A stretch of 64,000 nt of DNA from Paragordius varius (taxonomy: Eukaryota > Animalia > Nematomorpha): contig OZ176053.1 in assembly GCA_964247055.1 (NCBI GenBank), forward strand, positions 8,804,001-8,868,000, in the 5' to 3' direction. The notes under the pieces are model-generated. The model made no database searches. It was given only the letters and a program-made list of their open reading frames with translations, and was not told the origin of the DNA. Both the position numbers and the translations under genes were made by a program. Positions 49,047 through 59,630 of the stretch are shown in pieces. The first letter of the stretch is position 1, and each line of letters begins with the position of its first letter.

Positions 49047-52000
49047 ATGAAAATGAGCCGGATGGAAGAGTAACCGAAAAAATTATAATTTAAAGGATTT
49101 CTGAGAACATTTTGATGGTGCAAATTGATATTGCTTCACCAATTGGGCATCTCAGAAAACTTTTAGAAATGGAAACAAATGGCAGTGAGAACTTAAGCGA
49201 ATATGATATTTATCTTCAAGACGTTGAAAAGGTTAGATTTATATTAATTTTTCAGATGGATCCATCTTTAAGCTTGTTGGATTACAATATATATGGGGAA
49301 GGCGTGGTCCAAATTAATTGTGAAATAATAAATAATGGTATAATTTTTTAATAATCGTAGATATTCCCTACATTAATATAATTGATGTTTTAAAACCTTT
49401 GGAAGAGTTGATGGAAATGGGTGGAAATGGTATAATTATGTTAATTATATAGTTTCGCACGATATTTTAGACCAAATACTTGAAAATTCAGGAATAAAAC
49501 TAGGTAACTTTAATCGCTTTTATGTATATGTTTAGGATCTCAAATTTCCGAAAATCGTGATAACACAAAACAATTAAAGCTCAATGAAATTTTTGCTCTA
49601 GTAAAGCAAAGCCAAAAATTTGCTTATGATGAAAAACAATTAGAAACGCTGATATCATCTTATCTCAATAATATATCTAGTTCTGCTAACACTACTGATG
49701 ATCATACTCAAACCAATAATAATGATGATAACAGCGCATCTCCAATCGTGCTTAATTGGACTCGATCAAATTCTTTTAAGCAATTGGCTCATCGATTTTG
49801 TATACCCGAAGGTATATTGTTTGTGTATATATGTATATTTTCATCTAACAAAAACTATTGTTTGCTTTGTAAAATGGTAGGATTTTGAGGTTTTAGTTTG
49901 GTATTAATTAAATGAACGTGACTATGACCATCCATATAAATAACCAGTTTAAGGATACAAAACATTCATTTTAGTCATTCGATTCAAATGGGGTAGTTAA
50001 ATAGCCCAGGCCTGTTTAAAATTTAATTCTTTAAAAATAAAGTTGATTTACAGATTTCTTCCCCCAACCGTAAAGGGAGGCCTAAAACAACTTGGACTCA
50101 AATCATAAAACAAGACTTTAAATTCCTGAACATACCTCGAAACGCAACAAATGATAGAGACATATATCGTAAATTAATTCATGGAATCCTAATAACTGAG
50201 CCAAACCAATAATACCTATTTATTAAATTGAAACCATGACAAAATCTTGCACTTCTATAACATTAATAAACCGAAATATATAAAAAATTTTATTCAAAAA
50301 TACTTGATATTACTTATTTTAAGCTAAAACCGTAAGGTAAAAATTTAGTCAACATGGCATGCGTGCAATGGTAAAATTAAAAAAAACAATATAAACAGGT
50401 CTTTCTATTTCTATCAATGTTAGATGTAATTTAAATAAAAAATTAGCTTTAATTTTACCCTTAAGATTAAATGAAGACGATATTTTGCAAAAATTTAGTA
50501 GAACAAAAATGGCGTCGAAGTAGTTTCACATGAAACTTTTTTTTCAAAACAAAATTTATTTAGATATTTTGGCATATTTATATAATTTTAATTAGGATAG
50601 AAGATAAATTTGAATTGGGACCGTTTCCTTCAGTAGTTTTTTAAAAATCCTAACTCAAATTTAGTCTGGGGTATTTAGATACCCAATTTGAATTTAAGTG
50701 TTAACTTTATTCAAACACATGTTTAATAGATATGGAATATATATGATGGAATTAAATTTATTTTACCATTATTTTATTTTTTTTATCATTTGTCAATTAA
50801 ATACTAAAATAATATGATTGTAAAATGTCTTTTAGCCACTAGTTGTATAATGACCATTTTAAAATAATCAGATCAGTTATCAATTTTTATTTTAAAGCTC
50901 ATTAAAAAATATGATACTAGCCTTTGATATTTAACTCTAGGGCTATAGTCATTTTACATATTTTAGCTTTTATTCTTTTAAATACATATTATAAATTGCG
51001 TTTGTAATGCTCCTCTTTATTTATAGACATCTCCAAATGGACGCGGGCCCATTTGCAACGATGGGCCTTGTGGGCCAAAAAAGAATTTTTCCCGTATGTG
51101 GCACCAAACCTTGCTTCGAGCACGATAGCCTTACTACCCATCATGGATAAGTTTAAACAATTAAATGGCTCCGACGTGTTAACGTTAACTCACGAAAAAT
51201 TTTTGCAGCTAATGTCAATCACAAACTATCATGATAATTATGGTGATAGCAACTGTGTGCATGCAATGAAAAATTTGAATGCAAACTCTGATGAGGGAGA
51301 CCTTATATACATTGGGAGAGATGGTTTGTTTGTTTGTTTCTTTAGATTTTTACATAATCCAAATGGCTTCATAGTTAGCTTTTAAAATTTAGAATGCTCA
51401 ATATATTTGCTAATTATTAAATTTCCATTTATTTGGCATTTTTTCAAATTTTTTGTATACCGCTTAAAATATATTAGAAGGCTGCATGCGGTCTGCGTGA
51501 CGCATGTTCAACACTCCTTGAACTAAAAAGATATAATTTAGTGGGAAATTTTTTGATTTATACATATTTTTTAGCTTTTTTTTCTGTTTTAAATTTATAT
51601 GATTATTTATTTTTGCTATTCATTATTCGTATTTTAACTTAACTCTAAAGTCTCGGTATTTTTTTGTTGTAGGAATCAAAGAAGTCAATGAAAAGCACAA
51701 AAAGTATGACAAGTTTAAGGAAGTTTTATGGACGCACATTGAATTGATGCGGAAATGTGGTATTGTCGCATCCATATTCAATACTTGTGAAAAGAGTATG
51801 AATTTATTTTTTAGTGAATTTTTTCACATATTTATGCATCTGTTGCCACAAAAAATGTAATTGAATGCCAATAATCATAAATCGATATTTGGTAAATTGT
51901 GTAAACATTTATGGAATATTTAACGCATTTTCATTTTTTTGGAATATTAATATTTATATCAATTAATATTCAATTTATTATCCGAAATAAACTCAGAAAT

Positions 52001-53759
52001 TAAACTTGGGTTGAATGTTACCATTACTTTTGTGACTTAAGCAATTTTTATAATTTACATGATAATTTTTTGTTTAATAGCTGAAAACTCCAAAGACGCA
52101 AAAGATGACACGTCTGGACTTTGCGTTTTAACCGATTCAAATAACACCGCAACAAATCATCAAAAGGATGAGACTGTTGAAGAGGAATGCTTGATAACCA
52201 CACATTTTACCGATGAAGACAACACACCATTGTTGGGATGTGTGATGGTTGATCTAAATAGCGCTCCTCCAGATGAAAAGGCTTCTGAATGTAATCTTAC
52301 CAATAATACTGCAAAATTTGGTTACGATACTACGATTCAATCCATTTACGATGGATTAATCTTACGTAAAAATAATGAAAGTTGTAAGGAAAACATTGGT
52401 ACTACGAAAAAAACTGAAGGTAATAATATGTGTGAAACTATCGCGTCAACTCAGTCGATGGTTAATGATAATGTCAATAGGGGATTGAATGACGATGCCA
52501 TGGGTAAGATTTAAAATATGATTATTTTTTCTAATTGCATAATTATTTGAATAAAAAAATCATAAAAATTTACTCTATTATATAAATTGATATATAGGGA
52601 AAATGGAAAAGTATAATTTGGCCTTGAACAAGATGAAAACGACCAATAGATTCATAACTAATATGAACTATACACCATTTAGAAGTGATTTTAGTTTTTT
52701 ATTTTTAAAATATGAAAACGAATTTTAAATTTATAATAATATTGATGATTATTAAAATTTAATTAATGAAATAGTCAAAATTATGGAAATAAAGCGCATA
52801 AATGATGGTTGTTAATATTTAATTCGCCCAAAAAATTTATTGTATGTAGATGGTACAATGGGCATTCAACTTTGGCAATTTTTGCTAGAATTGTTGTTAG
52901 ATAAAGATTATCGCGAAATTATTCGATGGGTCAGCGATGACGGGGAATTCATTTTAAGCAATCCTGAGAGTGTGGCTACTCTTTGGGGTCAACGCAAAAA
53001 CCGTCCAAACATGAACTATGAAAAGTTGAGCCGAGCTCTAAGGTTGGCATGCACATTACATTTACTTTATTCAATCAATATTTTTAAAAATTGTAATTAT
53101 TATGTACCATTTACCTTTCAAATTCACCCTAATATAAATTATGTGTTTTTTAAGATTAAAAATTACCTACATTTTTAAAAAATAATGAACTAAGCCATAA
53201 AGCTATATTTCACATTAATAATGAATTATTTTGGCCCAAAAACACATAATTTATTTTTAGGGTGAATTTGAATCGTTTAAGGGTGATTCTGAATTTTGAA
53301 TCGTATATATAGACCTATAGTTTGAATGGATATAATGAATGTAATTTTGAAAAAAATGAATATTTAAATAAGTAAATGACTCAACGTGTGTATTGTTCAT
53401 CATATACAGCAAAGGTCTCTATTATTGATGAAAAGCAAAAGCGGAAAATAACTTTAAGTCAATATTATTATCTGGCAATATAAAAATGAATATTTACGTT
53501 TATGACACTATATAATCTAATCCATGCAACTAATATTATTAGATATTATTATGATGGTCATGTCCTCACCAAGGTACCTGGGAAACGTTTTGTATACAAG
53601 TTTGTGTGCGATTTAAAGCATCTCCTGGGCTATTCTGCCGCAGAATTAAATGCCCGTGTCATTGAATGTGAACGCGAAAAATTGCAAGCTCAACTAGAAA
53701 AATCGCTTACCACGGCTTGTCCCAACGCCAATCTTAATGCAACCAGAGTTTTTAGTTAA
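49047..53759 (+). CDS. GABPA: GA-binding protein alpha / Ets97D-type ETS transcription factor, 12 exons
   Basis: Exons 49047-49069, 49096-49231, 49256-49337, 49361-49429, 49453-49503, 49536-49811, 51027-51323, 51673-51795, 52081-52503, 52598-52684, 52850-53042, 53543-53759. GABP-alpha N-terminal (OST) domain ([40 protein letters not shown]), PNT ([36 protein letters not shown]), ETS ([49 protein letters not shown]). The first mini-exon is less certain. Confidence 0.92.
49070..49095 (+). other. 26-nt GT-AG intron 1 of GABPA (tentative)
   Basis: gtaaccgaaaaaattataatttaaag; joins ATG 49047 in frame to the downstream ORF. Confidence 0.6.
49232..49255 (+). other. 24-nt GT-AG intron (in-frame, stop-free) in GABPA
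   Basis: gttagatttatattaatttttcag; removal restores the LQDxx-LDPxxSL spacing of the N-terminal domain. Confidence 0.8.
49338..49360 (+). other. 23-nt GT-AG intron in GABPA
   Basis: gtataattttttaataatcgtag; removal is required to reach the conserved INIIDVLKP segment in frame. Confidence 0.85.
49430..49452 (+). other. 23-nt GT-AG intron in GABPA
   Basis: gtataattatgttaattatatag; removal keeps the frame open into the following exons (next intron 49504-49535 is 32 nt). Confidence 0.75.
49953..50700. mobile_element. TTAA MITE family copy in GABPA intron 6, interrupted by a LINE fragment
   Basis: Colinear with 10223-10804; right end AAGTG-TTAA (50701-50704) intact, left end eroded. Confidence 0.75.
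50039..50212 (+). mobile_element. 5'-truncated RTE-clade LINE 3' end inserted in the MITE
   Basis: Open frame [49 protein letters not shown] matches the RTE ORF C-terminal pattern (RGRPxxTW..IxxD..A.DR..WR). Confidence 0.7.
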
Positions 53760-54844
53760 TTCTTAATTTTTATTTGGAAGAAGAGATTTTTATAATCTTA
53801 CTTAATAAAACATATCACGTTTTTTTTATGACGACACACTGCATAAAAATTTGGACAACATTATATTTTTTAATTTTCAAATATTAATTTTGATAAACTT
53901 GTTGTAAGGAACATCATAGTTTTACGATTACAATTATTTTTCACACATATTCTTATTGATATTAAACTCTCAATATTTTATCATTCTTGCCAGTATTCAA
54001 TTTCACTTATAATATCCAATAATATCATAAAATATGGGTATACTTTTTCATTTAGCCTAATATATATCCCTATTACGATTCTTATTACAACATTCTTATT
54101 ATGTTTTTATTATTTACACCTGATTTTTTTAAATCTTTTTTAATAATTATTTTTTTAACTGTAAATTTAGTTTAGATTTATCTTAGTTTACTAGTATCCT
54201 TTTTTATGGTAAACTTCTTTCATACCACAAATCCTGTCACATTTTGAAACTCTCAAAAAAATTGGGCGAATTATCACATCTGGTTAAATATATCTATCCA
54301 GTCCTTTAATATACAACCACATATATATAATTACAATCAACAGTCATTTTTTATAAATGTGTTTTCATGCATATATATATAAATATATAAATATGTATAT
54401 ATATTTTTAATTTGATTTTATTTTATCTTTATAACACTCAATTCAAATGCATAAATGTTAGATCTAGGAGCAACAGAATGCTTTTAATATTCAAGCATGT
54501 AATATCATTTAATAATGATGGTATAAACACATTTGCAATCTTTCTAACAAAGCTATATATATAATAAAATTCAGATATGTATATAAAAATATATAATAAT
54601 TTAACAAAACGCACTTATTTATATGTTATAATATAATAATAATTAATTAATTACATTATAGAATATATTTTTACTTAATTATTTTTTTTTTCATATATAA
54701 AAACTTATAAACGATTATTGTTTATATATTTTATCATTTCCTACATAAAAAACTAATAAATAATTTATAGTACTTTTTCCATATATTTGTGCTTGAGTCC
54801 TTGTCAATTAAATTACAAATATGGATATATATCATCATTCATTT

Positions 54845-55570
54845 GATTGCGTTACTGAAGTAGCGGTTTGTTGAGAGATGCTTGACAAGATTTTCCTGTA
54901 GTGATCCCGATCCATGTATGCCATCTCGGGTATATCATAGATTATATTATCATTTTCTATTTTATTAACCCATCTTGTTCTCGTTCTCCCTTTGTATTTT
55001 CCGTTAGAATTTCATTTAAGCATTGTGTTAGTCATGCCTTTGGTTTGCCGTTTAATGTGATTCTAAAAACGTAATCTGCTTTGGGATACATCTTCTGTAA
55101 TGGTGGTTCCATTTAATTCAAATCGCGGCAACGGTTTTTTCTCTATCAACATTAATAATCTTTTCTCGACTCTGGGCCCCTTAAAATACTTTTACTTTGT
55201 TTTACGTTAAATTTTCGTTTATCAACTTTCCTTTGATGTTGGTACATTTATGTATCCAATATTTGCACAAACAACGTTGTTTCAAATTCATGACAACATT
55301 CTTTTGCAGATATTACATAGAAATTTAGCATTTTAGGTGTCTTCTGTCTAGTTATCATTACTTTTGTTTTGTGTGTATTAATTTTCAAGCCTTAATAAAG
55401 CATTTATACTTTATATACTTTTTAATTCTTCTTGTGATAATGATGTTTAGATTAAATCATCAGCATACAGAGCTTCAAATGGTAGTCCAACCCTAAATTC
55501 TTTAATTATTGTGTCTATATAAATAGTAATGGGCTTAAAGTGGACCCGTGATGTAATCCATAGTTAACCC
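54845..55570 (-). mobile_element. Heavily decayed, internally deleted RTE-like LINE (RT and 3' end)
   Basis: Minus strand GLHHGSTLSPLLFI..IKEFRVGLPFEALYADDLI..LKINTHKTKVMI, a Cys-rich segment (C..YWIHKC), then SRLRF..HIKR..KGRTRTRW..DRDHYRK. Confidence 0.75.
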
Positions 55571-55609
55571 TAAAGATTTTTTTACCGGAGTTGTTACTCG
55601 AACATATTT

Positions 55610-55947
55610 TTAGTTTTAATATGGTTTTTAATAGATACTAGCTAGCCCTGCCACGCTTCGCTGTGTCGTAGTTTCTCCGATAATTATTCTTAATAATTTG
55701 CAATAAGTAGAGATAATGGAGATAAAAAAATAATAAAAATAATATTTAATAAAAGGAATGTCTTTAATTATTCTTCTTTTAGTTTTAGTATGGTTCTTAT
55801 TAGATACTAGCTAGCCCTGCCACGCTTCGCTGTGACGTAGTCTCTCCGATAATTATTCTTAATAATTTGAAATAAGTAGAGATAATGGAGATAAAAAAAT
55901 AATAAAAATAATATTTACTAAAAAGAATGTCTTTAATTATTCTTTTA
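55610..55947 (-). mobile_element. Tandemly duplicated Helitron-like 3' end (169-bp period)
   Basis: A-CTAG at 55637-55641 and 55806-55810, each followed by the hairpin GCCACGC-TTC-GCTGTG; both units include ~28 bp beyond the CTAG terminus. Confidence 0.65.
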
Positions 55948-56209
55948 CGGGTTTTGCATAGGTCAAATATTGTTTACTCGAAATTGACCACATATAAACT
56001 GTCCCTTATTAAAGTTAATATTCAACTATGATTGGATTTTTATTTTTTACGAAATCTTGGTTAAAAGTTTTATTTTAAAATTGTGTTCACACAGCTGAGA
56101 AGGGATATAAAAAGTAAATCATTCGTCCCTTTTTAAAGGAAAGAATGATATTATACAAATTCCGCAGAAATGTATATAATTGAACTCGTGTGACTTCTTA
56201 ATTTTTTTT

Positions 56210-59060
56210 GAAAATTCTCCAAAACCACGCCATATTTGTATGGCGTCTCTGTTTTAAACCGGTAGACCCCTACCCATAGACCTATATGGGAAAAGCGCTG
56301 AGTTAAATTCTTTGCCTTTATAGGACAAATATCAGGAATCATCTTCGATACCATCGTCTCATGGGTTATTTGGGTTATTCGAAAAAATACCTCAACACTA
56401 AATAATAGTTATATGATGGCGTATTTTTAGGGCATAACGGCCCCAAATTAACGGCTAATAAAAAACGCCTGACCTTTTTTACCTAGTTACGGGTAATATT
56501 TTAAGCTTTTAATGAGCTCATATGGCTCCATAAATATTCTATAAATTAGTAGCTCTAAAACAACGCAATTTTTATATAGTGGCGCAGTTATTGGCGGGTA
56601 ACTACTAAACCAGGGGCAGGTATAAAAAAGCGTTGAGCAAAGTGTTTGCCTTTATATGGGGAATATCGGGAATTATCATGGATTCCTTATGTTCCGATTA
56701 GACTCATAGGTATTCTGAAATTTGGCTCCAAGGCATGCTGTATCGATATGGTGTCGCAGTTTTATGCGGATAGCCCCCTAACATGGGGCGAAACGAAAAA
56801 ATGCTTGATTAAAATTTTTGCCTTAATTCGGGTAATATCTGGAATCATGACTGATTCCATATGCTCTCGTGGGATTTTCGAAAAATTGCCTCAAAACCAA
56901 AAAGTCATTATATGGTGGCGCATTTTTCAGGGCAAGGGCCTAATTAAGGGGTAATTTAAAAAACTCGCTCTACTTAAATTTTTGCCTTTTTACGAGTAAT
57001 ATTTCAAGCCCTTGACCTCATATGGCCCGATAGGTTTTTTAAAATTTGCCTCCAAAGTCACGCTGTATCAATATGGTGGCGCAGTTATATGCGGGTAGCC
57101 CCCCACCCAGAAGCCAATATAAAAAAACGTTTTATAAATATTTTTTGCCTTTATAGGTAAATACCTATAATCATTATTCATTCAATATGTTCATAATAGT
57201 TTTTGGAAGAGTGGCTAACTAATTAATAGTTCAATGATAGCGCATTTTTAGGGCCCAAATGGCCTAATTAACAGCTAATTTAAAAACCGCTATACTTAAA
57301 TTTTTGCCTTTTATGAATAATATTTCAGGCCCTTATTAAAGTTATGTGGCCTGATAAGTTTTCTGAAAATTAACTCCTAAACAACGCAATTTCGATATGG
57401 TGGCGAAGTTTTAGGCGGGTAGCTCCCTACCCAGAGGCTGATACAAAAAAGCGCTTGATTAAAATTTTTGCCTTTTTACGGAGAATACCTGGAATCATGA
57501 TTGATTCCATTTGCTCTCATTAGTTTTTGGAAAAATTGCCTTAAAACTAAAAAATCATTTTATGGTGGCGCATTTTTCAGGGCGTAGGGCTTAATTGAGG
57601 GCTAATAAAAAACCGCACGACCTAAATTTTTGTTTTGTTACGGGTAATATTTTAAGCAGCTATTGAACTCATATGGTCCTGATAGGTTTTCTGTAAATTA
57701 GCTCCAAAATAACGCAACTTCTATATAGTGGCGCAGTTTTTGGTGGGTAGCAGCTAACCCAGAGGATGGTATAAAAAAGCGTTGGAAAAAATTTTTGCCT
57801 TTATATGGGGAATATCTATAATTATCATGGATTCCATATGTTCTTATTCTTGGAAATATTGCTTCAAAACTATAAAATTGTTCTATGGCGGCGCATTTTT
57901 CAAGGCGTACTTAGCGACATTGAAAAAACCCATTATCTAAAATATTTGTTTTTTAAGTGGTAATAAATATTTTGGGCCCCTCTTCTCACATAGTCTCATA
58001 AGTTCTCTGAAATTTGGCTCCAAAGGCATCCTGTATCGATATGGGGATGCAGTTTTACTCGGATATCCCCCTAACCAGGGCGAAACAAAAAAACGCTTGA
58101 TTAAAATTTTTTTCTTAATTTGGGTAAAACCTGGAATTATGATTGATTCTATATGCTCTTGTGGGATTTTCGAAAAATTGCCTCAAAACCAAAAAGTCAT
58201 TCTATGGTGGCGCATTTTTCAGGGCAAGGGCCTAATTAAAGGGTAATTTAATAAAACTGCTCTACCTAAATTTTGTCTTTTTACGCGTAATATTTCAAGC
58301 CATTAGAACCTGATAAGTTTTCTAAAATTTGCGTTAATAGTCACGCTGTATCGATGTGGTGGCACAGTTGTAGGCGGGTACCTCTACCCAGATAAAAATC
58401 CTTTTTGCCTTTATAGGTAAATACCTGGAATCATCATTCATTCCAATGTTCTTAATAGTTTTTGGAAGAATGGCTTCAAAACTAATTAATAGTTCAATGA
58501 TAGCGCATTTTTAGGGCCCAAATAACCCAATTAACAGCTAATTTAAAAACCGCTCGACTTAAATATTGGTCTTTTGTGAATAATATTTTAAGCCCTTATT
58601 AAAGTTATGTGTCCTGATATGTTTTCTCAAAATTAACTCCTAAACAACGCAATTTCGATATGGTGGCGCAGTTTTAGGCAGGTAGCTCCCTACAGAAGCT
58701 TATACAAAAAAGCGATTGATTAAAATTTTTGCCTTTTTACGGAGAATACCTGGAACCATGATTGATTCCATATGCTCATTAGTTTTTGGAAAAATTGCCT
58801 CAAAACTAAAAAATCTCTCTATGCATTTTTAAGGGCGTGAAGGGCCTAATTAACGGCTAATTTTAAAAAACCTCAGGGCCTAAATTTTTGCCCTGCTACG
58901 GGTAATATTTGAAGCAACTATTAACTCATGTGTGATAGGCTTTCTGTTAGCCCCAAAATTACGCTATTTCGATATGACGGGTCAGTTTTTAGCGGGTATC
59001 TCCTTACCCCGCAGCCAATATAAAAGAAACGCTCGACTAAAATTTTTGCCTTTTAACAGT
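56210..59060. repeat. Satellite/minisatellite array: ~18 monomers of ~160 bp with an A/B dimer and a ~1.26-1.29-kb higher-order repeat
   Basis: GGCGCA-type anchors at ~56242, 56418, 56581, 56753, 56917, 57078, 57239, 57402, 57567, 57730, 57890, 58046, 58209, 58361, 58502, 58665, ~58820, ~58977, alternating GGCGCAGTT and GGCGCATTTT after the first few units. Confidence 0.85.
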
Positions 59061-59630
59061 TTCTTTTTGTCTTATGAATATGGGTTCGATGGTCAATTTA
59101 TTTTGTTGGAAAACAAATTGCATACCATCACAGCTTGCGATTTCAATCTCTTTTTTATTATGACCTTATATAGTTTCATAAGGTGTTCCAGCAATTTTAG
59201 AGTTCTATAGGATGAGCAGTCCAATATTTCACCTTTATTTATGTATATAGGTATGATTATCGCATGGTTTCAATCCTAAGGTGTAATTTGTCCCATGAGT
59301 ATTTTATAAAAGTTTGGTCAGTACGATCAGTTTGTATTTTTCAGCAGGTCCAAAAATGCTTCTGAGAAACGTACGGCTTTATTTGATTTTTTTTAAAGCC
59401 GTTTGCATTTCACATTTTGTTATTAGCTTGGGGCCATAACATGTTTGTAAGATTAAGTTTTAATATATCCCATTCTTCTAGAAAAACTACATGTATTTTG
59501 CCCATTTTGTTTTAATTTCAATAACATTATTCAGAAGGTATTAAAATATTCAATGTCTCTTTTATTAATGATATTTTTATTTTTTTAAAAAATTACATCT
59601 TGTTCTATCTTTTACAAAAAATTTATATAC

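Noticed and set aside
56151-59210. ORFs at 56151, 56646 and 58932, and a CRISPR-like interpretation of the array
   Set aside because: The ORFs are translations of satellite DNA. The repeat units are contiguous diverged monomers without unique spacers, there are no cas genes, and the context is eukaryotic.
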